Assembly (NCBI GenBank): GCA_050014195.1 | Contig: JBEKDT010000003.1 | Location: forward strand, 64,001-128,000 | Direction: 5' to 3' | DNA from: Desulfomonilia bacterium | GTDB lineage: Bacteria; Desulfobacterota; Desulfomonilia; UBA1062 | DNA length: 64,000 nucleotides | Shown: piece by piece, positions 10,601 through 19,193 of the stretch | How positions within the stretch are numbered: the stretch's first letter is position 1 | Layout: every line of letters begins with the position of its first letter | Program-made: the position numbers and the translations under genes | The notes under the pieces: model-generated | What the model was told of the DNA's origin: nothing | Databases searched by the model: none | The model's input: the letters and a program-made list of their open reading frames with translations, nothing else

Positions 10601-10699
10601 AGGCAGCAGCCCTATAGACCGCAGCCCCAGTACCAGGATCAGCAGGCTGATTACCGTGGCCAGCACCGGGCGGCGGATGAAGATATCGGTGAAATGCAT
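7616..10699 (-). CDS. RND efflux transporter permease (AcrB family, MexI/MexW-like)
   Basis: FTDIFIRRPVLA, AIGLVVDDAIIVVENV, LIGLISKHGILIV, RLRPILMTT; 1027 aa. Confidence 0.95.
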   Translation of the reverse strand: MHFTDIFIRRPVLATVISLLILVLGLRSIGLLPVRQYPATQNAVVTVSTTYFGADPELVSGFITTPLENSIAQAQGIDYLTSSSTLSQSTIQANLRLNYDSSKAMTEINAKVNAVINQLPKDAQQPVISVAIGETIDSMYIGFYSKVLPTNKITDYLIRVVQPKLQTVDGVQTAEVLGAKQFALRAWLDPDKMSAFGVTATDVSTALANNDFISAVGRTKGQMVTVDLTAATGLHSVDEFKNLVVKSMNDAIVRLGDVATVTLGAENYDTAVRFDNASAVFIGIKVAPNANLLTVINDVHKVFPEIEQQLPEGLNGRIVYDSTKYVNSSINEVIRTIIAALLIVTVVIFLSLGSIKSVIIPVIAMPLSLVGAFFIMLVLGYTINLLTLLALVLAIGLVVDDAIIVVENVHRHREEGVELMQAAILGARELGGPIIAMTVVLVAVYIPIGFMGGLTGALFTEFAYTLAGSVFVSAIIALTLSPMMCSRFLTESRVGVLNRFTDFIDGQFKLVRSIYAWLLHRALNSLGVVGVFAAIILCSNYFLFISSKSELAPQEDQGIIITLATGAPDATLEQTGVNSVQVYKIVKSFPETEHVFQFDGATGLNTAFAGMVFKPWDERTRTAVQLQPVVQKRLGEIAGVQVVGFQPPPLPGSRGLPVQFVIGTTEPFDRLNEVSQALMAKARASGMFVFVDTDLKIDKPQTVVEIDSDKASQLGLTMRDVGSALGWMLGGNYVNYFSLYGRSYKVIPQVMQRYRLNADQLKDYYINTSSGASIPISTVASLKTEVVPESLNHFEQLNAATISAVTSPGITMGQALDTLKTIAGSVLPKGYSIDYAGQSRQYMQESSALLLTFFFALVIIFLALSALFESFRDPVIVLISVPMSICGALIFISLGIGQASLNIYTEVGLVTLIGLISKHGILIVQFANDLQREGKSKRDAIEMASAIRLRPILMTTGAMVLGIMPLVFASGAGAAGRYNMGLVITSGIAIGTLFTLFVVPAVYMLMATDHAKQAASQRATEGEALPS

Positions 10700-10713
10700 A
10701 TGCGTATCCCTGC

Positions 10714-11844
10714 TTATTCTTCCTGAGGTTTGGGGTACGCCTCATTTGAGGGCTGGACCCGGTTGTTGATGATAACAGGACTGCCGCTCCTGAGCTTGAG
10801 CTGTCCGCTGGTGACCACCAGATCTCCTTCCTTGATCCCGGCGGTGACAGCCACCTGGTCGCCCCGTGACGGTCCCAGGGTGACAAAGGTCTGCCTGGCG
10901 AACAGGGCCGGTTTGCCGTCTTTCGTTTTACCCTTCTCCTCCACGATATAGACGGTCTCTCCATAGGGGTTGAAGGTCACGGCCGTCCTGGGCAGTGTCA
11001 GGTTGCGCTGGGCCTCTCCTGACAAGACCTCCACCGATGCATACATACCAGGCAGCAGCTCATGCTTGGGGTTTTGTATTGTTGCCTCGATCTGGATATT
11101 CCGTGTCTGGGGGTCCACCTTGGGATTGATGGCACTCACTATCCCCCTGAAGGTCTTGCCCGGATAGGTGTCGGTGGTCACGGTCACAGTCTGGCCATCC
11201 AGTGCCCGGGAGAGTTCCTGCTGGGGTACGTAGAAGTCTACGTAGATGGAGTCGAGCGATTGCAGCGTGACAACCTTGTCACCGGCCTTCACGAACTGAC
11301 CGGGATTGACAAGGCTGATGCCGAGGCGCCCGGCAAAGGGGGCGCGGATGGCCTTTTTGTTTATTAATGCCACCTGCTGGGCGACCTGGGCCTTTTTACC
11401 CTCAATGTCGGCGGTGTAGGCATCCATGGTTGACTGGCTTATGGCCTGCTCTTCAACCAGTTTTATGTTGCGATCGTAGGTTGATTGCGCCAGGTCGGCG
11501 GCGGCCTGAAGCACGTGCAGCTGGGCAACGTCGGGATCCGTATTGAGCTGCACCAGCAGCCGACCTGCCTTGACATCATCACCCGATTTGAAATGAACGC
11601 TTCGCACCATGCCATCGACTTCACTGGACAACTCAACACCCTTGACCGCCCGCAGGGTCCCCACCGCCTTGAGTTGCGGCTGCCACGTATCAGATGCTGC
11701 CTTGACTGTAGACACGGTAACAGGGGGCATCCCGCCTGCGGACATGTATTTTTTCATCATCATTGCCATAAAGGCCTTATAGCCGAAGATGCCGCCGAAA
11801 AGCACAAAGACGGCCACAAGCATGATCACCATTCGCCTGGTCAT
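10714..11844 (-). CDS. RND efflux periplasmic adaptor (membrane fusion protein)
   Basis: N-terminal TM, AVGTLRA, IRAPFAGRLG, LLPGMY, VVTSGQLKL; directly upstream of the permease. Confidence 0.93.
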   Translation of the reverse strand: MTRRMVIMLVAVFVLFGGIFGYKAFMAMMMKKYMSAGGMPPVTVSTVKAASDTWQPQLKAVGTLRAVKGVELSSEVDGMVRSVHFKSGDDVKAGRLLVQLNTDPDVAQLHVLQAAADLAQSTYDRNIKLVEEQAISQSTMDAYTADIEGKKAQVAQQVALINKKAIRAPFAGRLGISLVNPGQFVKAGDKVVTLQSLDSIYVDFYVPQQELSRALDGQTVTVTTDTYPGKTFRGIVSAINPKVDPQTRNIQIEATIQNPKHELLPGMYASVEVLSGEAQRNLTLPRTAVTFNPYGETVYIVEEKGKTKDGKPALFARQTFVTLGPSRGDQVAVTAGIKEGDLVVTSGQLKLRSGSPVIINNRVQPSNEAYPKPQEE

Positions 11845-11881
11845 AGGAGAGGTCTCCCTCTGGGATCGGATATCATCGATC

Positions 11882-12715
11882 TCAATTCTTTTCTTTATTC
11901 ATTTCTTTATTTATTCCATTATTATATACATATGTCGTGTTTTCCGTATAGGCCTTTATACCTGCAGTTATGCCCTCGATGATATTTTCCAGATGTGCAT
12001 CATTATGCAGGAGCATACAATCGGCAGCATTAGTAATAAACCCCGTCTCGATCAGAATTGCCGGCATCTTTGCGCCCATCAGGACATAGAACGGGGCCTG
12101 TTTTACCCCATGGTCTTTCCCCACATAACCTGTCTTTCTTAAGGATGAGATGATTGAGTTCTGGATGGATGTGGCGAACCTCGATGATTCATTTATCTTG
12201 GCATTGAGCATGAGATCCCTGATGATAAGCGTTAGACCCTGCAAGGATTCAGGGGACATGGCGTTTTCCCTCTCAGCCACCTTTTTGGAAGAGGCATCGG
12301 TAGTCAGGTTGAGGAAGTATGTCTCGACCCCGTCTGTTGACTTTGCCTCGTTTGCATTCACATGGATAGAAATAAACAGGTCTGCCTTCTTCGTGTTGGC
12401 GAAGGCTGTCCGCTCATTCAGCGGCAAAGAGACATCATCTTCCCGTGTAAGAAAGACCTCGAAGCCTTCTTCAGTCAGTCGCTTTGCAAGCATCTTGCCG
12501 ACAACCAGGGTGATATCCTTCTCTTTCTCGCCATTCGGCCCGACCGCGCCGGGGGCCTTGCCTCCATGGCCCGGGTCAATGACTATCTTGAATATCTTAG
12601 GTTTTTCCGATGAGTCGGAATCGGCGGCAAGGACCTTGTTGCGTGTATCCGGAGACAGGAGAAAAACGGCTATGACCATGAGGACGAACAAGGTTTTTGC
12701 TTTGTTCGTATTCAT
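11882..12715 (-). CDS. N-acetylmuramoyl-L-alanine amidase (Amidase_3)
   Basis: IVIDPGHGG, EKDITL, FISIHVNA, AILIETGFITN; signal peptide. Confidence 0.92.
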   Translation of the reverse strand: MNTNKAKTLFVLMVIAVFLLSPDTRNKVLAADSDSSEKPKIFKIVIDPGHGGKAPGAVGPNGEKEKDITLVVGKMLAKRLTEEGFEVFLTREDDVSLPLNERTAFANTKKADLFISIHVNANEAKSTDGVETYFLNLTTDASSKKVAERENAMSPESLQGLTLIIRDLMLNAKINESSRFATSIQNSIISSLRKTGYVGKDHGVKQAPFYVLMGAKMPAILIETGFITNAADCMLLHNDAHLENIIEGITAGIKAYTENTTYVYNNGINKEMNKEKN

Positions 12716-12779
12716 GATGATAATTGTATCTGAAAATTTATTATTAAACAATTATTTCTATCACATAGATACGGCGCCG

Positions 12780-13595
12780 CTATTCCGGCTCAGGGAACTG
12801 CGGTTTCTGCTTTGACAGGAAGGCGGCGATGCCGTGGATGCATTCACCACCCGCAATAAGGGCTACCGCCTCTTCGGTCTCCAGCTCTAGGGCCTTCATG
12901 GTGGTCAAGTCAGCGGTGCTTCTGATCACCTTCAAGGCGTGACGAACGGCGTGCGGGCCGTTTTCGGCTATTGTCCGCGCCAGGACCACGGCCTCCTCCA
13001 GGGCATTGCCGGGTGCGCTGATGCGGTTCACCAGCCCCAGGGCAAGGGCCTCTGGTGCACCTACCTTGCGCGCGGTAAGGATGAGGTCTGCGGCCTTGGA
13101 TGAGCCCACGAGTCGGGTGAGCCCCACAACACCCCCCTGGTCCGGCATGAGACCGAGCCTCACCTCGGAAAAGCAGATGACCGCCCCCGGGTCCATGACC
13201 CGCATGTCGCAGCGGGACGCGATCTCAGCCCCGCCGCCGTAAGCAAGGCCGTTCACGGCTGCAATGACGGGCACTGGCAGCATGACCAGGCTGTCGCTCG
13301 TGGTCCTGACACGCCGGATGAGGTCCATGGCCGGGCCGCTCTCGTGTTTCTCCACGGCATTGATGAGGCGGGCCACCTGGGGGTTTTCGGGGTTCACGTC
13401 AAACCCGGCGCAGAAGGCCTTGTCTCCGGACCCGGTCAGAACGATCACCCGGGGCAGCCTGGCCCTGAGGTCGGCCACCACCTGTTCCATGCAATCCCAC
13501 ATATGCTCGTCCAGAGAATTCTGTTTGTGTGACCGGTCAAAGGTTACAATCGCCACGTGGTCGTGCCGCTCCAAGCGGATACCATAATCTGCCAC
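12780..13595 (-). CDS. enoyl-CoA hydratase/isomerase
   Basis: AFCAGFD, PVIAAVNGLAYGGGAE, EVRLGLMP. Confidence 0.92.
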   Translation of the reverse strand: MADYGIRLERHDHVAIVTFDRSHKQNSLDEHMWDCMEQVVADLRARLPRVIVLTGSGDKAFCAGFDVNPENPQVARLINAVEKHESGPAMDLIRRVRTTSDSLVMLPVPVIAAVNGLAYGGGAEIASRCDMRVMDPGAVICFSEVRLGLMPDQGGVVGLTRLVGSSKAADLILTARKVGAPEALALGLVNRISAPGNALEEAVVLARTIAENGPHAVRHALKVIRSTADLTTMKALELETEEAVALIAGGECIHGIAAFLSKQKPQFPEPE

Positions 13596-13638
13596 AGTAA
13601 ACCCCTCCCTATGAATCTGTGGAATAAGCGCAAAATTG

Positions 13639-14196
13639 TTATTTGAATGCCTTCCCGAAGGTGTCGAGATGGACGAAGGCGCTCAATTCCTTGCGGGGCG
13701 GACCCTGCTTGAGTTCCGCCAAAGGCTTGCCCACCGGGAGTACGGCTACAACTTCATAGCCATCCGGCAGGCCGATGACCTTCTTGCAGGCATCATGGTC
13801 CATCAGGCCCACCACCACGGTGCCCAGCCCCAGCTCGTGGGCTGTCAGGCAGAGGTTCTGGACCGCGATACCGAGGTCGAACATGAACCAGGTGGAGAAT
13901 TTGGTAACTTCCTTGCCGCCATAGCAGCCGGACACGCCGGTTTTTGCACAGGCCACAATAAGCACGGATGCACCAAGCGAGCATTTGGTGCCCGGGTTCT
14001 TGTCCGCATAGGTGCCGGCCACCTTCTCGATTATTCCCCTGTCGCGCACCACCACGAACTCCCATACCTGGGTATTGGCCCAGGATTGTGCCAGCCTGGC
14101 GGCCTCGAGAAGTTGCCTGATCTCCCCGTCGGTGACAATATAGTCGGTGAATTTCCTCACGCTCCTCCTGTGCAGGATGGCATCGGTCAGCTCCAT
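13639..14196 (-). CDS. nitroreductase family protein
   Basis: MELTDAILHRRSVRKF, AARLAQSWANTQVWEF, NLCLTAHELGLGT; GAGGAGG RBS. The true start lies inside the longer listed ORF. Confidence 0.9.
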   Translation of the reverse strand: MELTDAILHRRSVRKFTDYIVTDGEIRQLLEAARLAQSWANTQVWEFVVVRDRGIIEKVAGTYADKNPGTKCSLGASVLIVACAKTGVSGCYGGKEVTKFSTWFMFDLGIAVQNLCLTAHELGLGTVVVGLMDHDACKKVIGLPDGYEVVAVLPVGKPLAELKQGPPRKELSAFVHLDTFGKAFK

Positions 14197-14333
14197 GGCT
14201 CCCTCCTCTTTGGCTGATGTTGGAATAAAATCATAGGACATGATCATACACGAGGCATGCCATGTTGTCATTGGTTTCATAGTGAAGGCGTTCCCAGGGA
14301 TGAAGCTTTTTAGAGCCGGGTATGCTCCCCTGC

Positions 14334-14963
14334 TCAACGCCACAGGGAGATTATTGAGATCAGGATCATGAGAATACCCGACCCTGCAACGATTGCGCCC
14401 GAGATGCGGTTCACCCAGGCAAACCCTGATTCGTTCAGCCTGGACCTGAGCATGCCGGCGCCGCCGCTTAAGATGACCCACCACATGGCCGAGCCGATAA
14501 AGACACCGGGCACGAGAAACCAGGCCGCTTCGAGCCCATGGTGGGGGTTTATTATGCCGAACCCTGCAAACAGGATCCCGTAGGAAAAGATCGTCGTAGG
14601 GTTTGCAAGCGTCATGACGAGTGTGGAGGTATACGCGCCCATGAATCCCCTGGCGTGATTGGAGACCGCATGATCCCCCTGTTTTGCAAGGATGATCCTG
14701 ACACCCAGGTAGCAGAGGAACATACCACCGGCGAAGCGTATCCATATCTGATTTTTTATGAGGATATGGGAGACCAGGGTCAGACCCATTCCGGCGATGC
14801 CTCCATAGACTGCATCCGCAGTGGCGGCGCCGAGGCCCGAGATGGTCCCGATTGCCCGGCCCTGGTTCAGCGTGCGCTGGATGCACAGCACATTGACCGG
14901 ACCTATGGGGGCTGCAGCCAGGAAGCCAATGATGACAGCCCCAAAGAAAAGAATAAAATCCAT
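14334..14963 (-). CDS. LysE family translocator
   Basis: AAPIGPVNVLCIQRTL, GLGAATAD, TLANPTTI, GSAMWW. Confidence 0.9.
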   Translation of the reverse strand: MDFILFFGAVIIGFLAAAPIGPVNVLCIQRTLNQGRAIGTISGLGAATADAVYGGIAGMGLTLVSHILIKNQIWIRFAGGMFLCYLGVRIILAKQGDHAVSNHARGFMGAYTSTLVMTLANPTTIFSYGILFAGFGIINPHHGLEAAWFLVPGVFIGSAMWWVILSGGAGMLRSRLNESGFAWVNRISGAIVAGSGILMILISIISLWR

Positions 14964-15272
14964 ATGCCTCCCCTGGGTGTAAAGATATGGGCACTTCAGT
15001 GACAAAAATCAAGGGGAAGGACAAGGTGTCGCACGACAAGATCTGAAATGGAATGTTTATATATTTATGGACGTCCCTGCTGCCTACATAAGTCAGTACA
15101 TTCATCAGGCCAATTTCGTTTACCATGTCCATCCACTGCGATCCGTGCAGGGCGGAACTGCATAGATTTTTATGGTGTCAGGCCTTGATTCATGACATTT
15201 GGGTGCGACAATTATTTAAAAGTCAAAAAAAGACACCTCTATTGTTATAGACGTGCCCATCGAGTCTATGTT

Positions 15273-17792
15273 CTACGCAAAATCTTTTTCCAGGGTGTTA
15301 ATCCTATTTAAAACATCCTGGACAGATTCTTTTAATTCATCACCCATTTTTTTCAACTCATCAGAATATTTTCCACCCATCAGGGAAAGGAGTGCGTAGT
15401 AGACTGGTTTATATTTGTCCCTGATATCGTATTTGTTTTTCTGAAAAATATGGTAGACATAATTGTACTGCCTTTTTGCAATGAACCTAAGAAGAATATT
15501 GCTTATATCCGCATTAACTTCGTGCTGCATCTCCTCAGAATCAAAAACCGATTCAAAAAGCATAATTGCCTCTTGGATTTCATCATTCCAGAGCAGTACT
15601 GTCATGTACCCACGAGCCTCGTTTACACCCCTTTTTATTTCGTATGCTGTTTTTTGAAGATGCAAGGCCTCTTGTTTATTTTTCTTAAGATCAAAATAGA
15701 GGTGAGCAAGATTGTTCATTGCATCGGCATGGCCCTTCTCAACGGCCAACTTGTAATACTTCTCCGCCTTTTCGAAATCATTAAATTCAGTCTTGTAGAG
15801 CAAAGCAAGATTGTACATTGCTCCAGAATCGCCCTTTTCAATGGCCATCTTGTAGTATTGTTCAGCCTTTTCAAAATCCTTAAATTCAGTTGCATGAAAC
15901 ACAGCAAGATTGAACATTGCATAGGGATTCCCATTCTCAACAGCCATTTTGAAGTATTGTTCAGCCTTTTCAAAATCCTTGAGTTCATGCTTATAGAGCA
16001 CTGCAAGATTGTTCATTGCATCGGCATGGCCCTTCTCAATAGCCATCTTGTAGTACTGTTCCGCCTTCTCAGGGTCTTTGAGTTCAGTATGGTAGAGCAA
16101 GGCAAGATTGAACATTGCTTCATCAACACCTCTTGCAACGGCCATCTTGTAGTACTGTTCCGCTTTTGCGAAGTCCTTGAATTCAGTTGCGTAGAGCAGG
16201 GCAAGATTGAATATTGCAGTTGTATCACCTGATTTGATGGCATCTTTATATAAACTAATGGCCTCTTGAAAATCGCCTTCATCTTTAAGCAGCTGTGCCA
16301 GAATCATGATTGCTTTTAATGGTAAAAAACCATCAAGTTTGAGTTTCTTTCGAGCCCCATTGATATCTTTCTTTTTCACGTCCTCGATAACTTCTCTCAG
16401 AACATCAATATGAGACGGGCCAATGTCTTTTACATAGTCGCTTCTTTGGGCAGTGAGGCATTTTTTCGTTTCATCCAGCAGTTCATGTTGAAGATCATAA
16501 GGAATATGGGTTTTGGACAAGGCTTGCGAGACATAAAAGGCATGCTTGTCGTAAAGACGTCCTTCATGCATCGCCTTGATGTGCCTTTTTGTCCTTTCTA
16601 CAAGCTCTTTTTCGCCACAGCAGATTTCAAAAAACTTTACGAGCCAGAGCACACGATTTCTGTTTCGTCTTTTACCGAGGCGCATGAGATAGTAAATATT
16701 GAAAAAACGTTCGTTGATCTGATAGAGATGGTTCTTGGTCGATGTCGGTATCTTTTTTATGAGTTGATTTTTTTCGAGTTGATTGAGCTGGGAAGACACG
16801 GCCTTGCTCGGCATTCTCACCTTGGCTGCGATCTCTTTTGTGCTCACGGCATCCCAGTTTTGAGCTATGGCATCTATGATTGCCTGCTGTTGTGTCGAGA
16901 GATTATCTAACCGGTGTTTGTAAAGCGGGGTCACCCTGTCGAGGATAGCTTCGAGGTCCTTGAAGGAATTGCCGTCTACGTCATCGACAAAAATCTCGAA
17001 AAGCAGCACCACAGTCCTGGGGACTCCGCCCGTCAGGCGCCTCAGGGCATCTATTCTTTCCGGTTGCTCCCTGATGATGGTTTTTATTTCATCTGCCCCG
17101 TAAGTTTCACCAAGTTTGGTGAGAAGCAGAATTGTTTCATCGCGATCAAGCTCGTTGAGGGTGATGACTTTAAAAAAGTCGAAGAAAGGCTCTTTGTACT
17201 CATAGTAGAATTCGAGCAATGCGGATGAAGCACCGATGAATCTCAAATAATTTGAGGTAAGCAATACCTCCCTCAGTCTCTGGTTTTCCTTTCGGGTGAA
17301 TTTCCCCAGCAGGTCGTTGAAATTATCGAGGAGGAGGACAAGCTTTTTCTTCCGCTTCTTCAATTCCCCGATGAGAAGTTTATAGATCTCTTCCTCGGGA
17401 TTCTCGGTATCATAGAGGGCATCAATCTTTCCGGCAACCGGTTCAAAGGTTTCATCGCGATCTGCAAGGATTTGTATTACCTCTTCCCATAATCGCGCCA
17501 AGTTGAGAACACCGTACTGCTCTTCATCGAACATGACCGGTATGAGCCGGTCCAGGAGGTCTTTATCGTTTTCAATCTCGATTTTCAGCCGTAAAAGAAG
17601 GGTTGATTTACCATACCCTCTCTGGCCCTGGATCATGTAGTGCTGCGGGGGTTTAGCCATATTGTCGGTCTTTATTGCATGGAAGAGTTCATCGAATTCT
17701 TTCAACCTTATGACGAAATTAGCAACGATCTCGTCCGGTGGCTGCATAGCCGGATTAAAAAGTGATGGAAGACTTGATTTAGTTTGCGACAT
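15273..17792 (-). CDS. STAND-like P-loop ATPase + winged HTH + SEL1/TPR repeats
   Basis: Walker A GQRGYGKST, Walker B LVLLLDN, LTGGVPR (GxP), wHTH STKEIAAKVRMPSKAVSSQLNQLEK, 33-aa repeats. Confidence 0.85.
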   Translation of the reverse strand: MSQTKSSLPSLFNPAMQPPDEIVANFVIRLKEFDELFHAIKTDNMAKPPQHYMIQGQRGYGKSTLLLRLKIEIENDKDLLDRLIPVMFDEEQYGVLNLARLWEEVIQILADRDETFEPVAGKIDALYDTENPEEEIYKLLIGELKKRKKKLVLLLDNFNDLLGKFTRKENQRLREVLLTSNYLRFIGASSALLEFYYEYKEPFFDFFKVITLNELDRDETILLLTKLGETYGADEIKTIIREQPERIDALRRLTGGVPRTVVLLFEIFVDDVDGNSFKDLEAILDRVTPLYKHRLDNLSTQQQAIIDAIAQNWDAVSTKEIAAKVRMPSKAVSSQLNQLEKNQLIKKIPTSTKNHLYQINERFFNIYYLMRLGKRRNRNRVLWLVKFFEICCGEKELVERTKRHIKAMHEGRLYDKHAFYVSQALSKTHIPYDLQHELLDETKKCLTAQRSDYVKDIGPSHIDVLREVIEDVKKKDINGARKKLKLDGFLPLKAIMILAQLLKDEGDFQEAISLYKDAIKSGDTTAIFNLALLYATEFKDFAKAEQYYKMAVARGVDEAMFNLALLYHTELKDPEKAEQYYKMAIEKGHADAMNNLAVLYKHELKDFEKAEQYFKMAVENGNPYAMFNLAVFHATEFKDFEKAEQYYKMAIEKGDSGAMYNLALLYKTEFNDFEKAEKYYKLAVEKGHADAMNNLAHLYFDLKKNKQEALHLQKTAYEIKRGVNEARGYMTVLLWNDEIQEAIMLFESVFDSEEMQHEVNADISNILLRFIAKRQYNYVYHIFQKNKYDIRDKYKPVYYALLSLMGGKYSDELKKMGDELKESVQDVLNRINTLEKDFA
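15700..16230 (-). repeat. intragenic tandem array of 5-6 x 99-bp (33-aa) SEL1/TPR units
   Basis: Unit AMxNLAxLYxxExKDxEKAEQYYKMAxEKG; gcatcggcatggcccttctcaa recurs at 15721 and 16018 (297 bp = 3 units). Confidence 0.9.
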
Positions 17793-18960
17793 TTGCACAC
17801 CACCATTCGCGCAGTAAGGAGGAATTGAAACGGTATTCCTTCGGGTTATCGCTGTTATTTATGTAACCGTCGTGTTTCAGGGCATTCACTAAATCAGTGT
17901 AGGAATTTTCAAGGCCATATTTCACGGCACAATTGAAGATCTCGCTTGAGGGAATTCTCTTTTTCTCAGAGATTACATTGAGGAGCTCCTTGACAAAGGA
18001 GAATTCATTCGCCTTATATGCCTTTCTCAATCGGGCGAACCAGTGCTCAAAATATATGCGCTGCTTCAGGGCATTCTTTACCGCAGCATCGATATCGCCT
18101 TTGGTGATAACGGTCGAGCCCCGTTCCTCAATGATTTTATATGACTCATCAAGGATGATCTGAAAGTAGTAAGGTATCCACCATTCTGTAATTTCAAGAA
18201 GGTGTTCGAAGGCGTCCTCTTCGAGGGTAATTCCCGATCCATCGAAAATCATGTTTATTAATTTCTTCACTTCCTTTTTCGTCAAAGGCGGAACAGCTAT
18301 GGGGGCCAAATCGGCAACAAGGTTTACATGGTTCATCTTGCTGACAATGTTTTCAAGACCGATTGATCCTGCATAAATGAATTGCAGTTTATTTTGCATT
18401 ACAGGGTCCTGCCTGATTGATCTCTTGGTTTCCAGAAAGTGGATTGCCGCCCGCTCTCCTTCATCCTGCACGATATTTTCAACGGTTGAAGCAAACTCAT
18501 CAATGAGTACGATTATCTTGTCATCATTAAGGACCGCTTTCTGCATGAGCTTGCGCAATTCATCGCAGTAGTCAACAGAATTTCCCGGGTGGAATTTTAT
18601 CCCCTCAGGTCCGACAGACTCGATACATGAAGGAAATTTCTTTGCCAGTGTTTTGACAATCGCCGCATATCTCCTAAGAGTGGTCATTTCCCCCAGGATA
18701 TGGTGAAAGAGTTTCTTGTAGAATTCATTCTCATTGTTGACTGATTCGCTGATGTAGTAGGCGATGAGCAGCTTCTCTTTTGGATTATCAAAAAGATGAA
18801 AGAGGATGGATGATTTACCAACTCTCCGGGGAGCTACCAGCAGGAGGCTGCTGCCACCCTCGAGTTTCCTCCATATCTCGTTGGTAATGTTGGTACGAGG
18901 TAAATATTTCTCGCCCCGTGCTGCCTGCCCGATGACAACATTTAAAGCATTTTTGCTCAT
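17779..18960 (-). CDS. STAND-like/archaeal-type P-loop ATPase with C-terminal helical/wHTH region
   Basis: Walker A APRRVGKSS, Walker B IVLIDEF, YAGSIG, WIPYY; stop overlaps the start of the next gene. Confidence 0.85.
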   Translation of the reverse strand: MSKNALNVVIGQAARGEKYLPRTNITNEIWRKLEGGSSLLLVAPRRVGKSSILFHLFDNPKEKLLIAYYISESVNNENEFYKKLFHHILGEMTTLRRYAAIVKTLAKKFPSCIESVGPEGIKFHPGNSVDYCDELRKLMQKAVLNDDKIIVLIDEFASTVENIVQDEGERAAIHFLETKRSIRQDPVMQNKLQFIYAGSIGLENIVSKMNHVNLVADLAPIAVPPLTKKEVKKLINMIFDGSGITLEEDAFEHLLEITEWWIPYYFQIILDESYKIIEERGSTVITKGDIDAAVKNALKQRIYFEHWFARLRKAYKANEFSFVKELLNVISEKKRIPSSEIFNCAVKYGLENSYTDLVNALKHDGYINNSDNPKEYRFNSSLLREWWCANVAN

Positions 18961-18998
18961 AACCACCCCCCAAAAACTCTCTTCATGTTTCAACTACA

Positions 18999-19045
18999 TG
19001 GCAAAATATATTTTGTCAAGTATTATGACAAAAATTATTTTGTCA
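18999..19045. promoter_or_regulatory. tandem 20-bp palindromic operator-like sites
   Basis: TGGCAAAATATATTTTGTCA (18999-19018) and TGACAAAAATTATTTTGTCA (19026-19045). Confidence 0.6.
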
Positions 19046-19193
19046 TAGTGAGAGAGCCTCGTGGTCCTGTCGTGGACTTAGTGCAGGTGATAGGATAAGC
19101 TGAAGAGGCGAGTAATCTTGGACGCCGGACAGGGAATTCCGTGGACACAATACCTCACTCACTGCTGAAAGACCCTATGTGATATCTTTTCTT

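Noticed and set aside
13639-15132. 497-aa ORF as a single protein
   Set aside because: Only the last 185 aa are a nitroreductase with its own RBS. The rest is an alternate frame overlapping the LysE gene.
15700-16230. DGR template/variable repeat or CRISPR array
   Set aside because: The repeats are in-frame coding units with no spacers, the differences are not confined to adenines, and no reverse transcriptase or cas gene is in the window.
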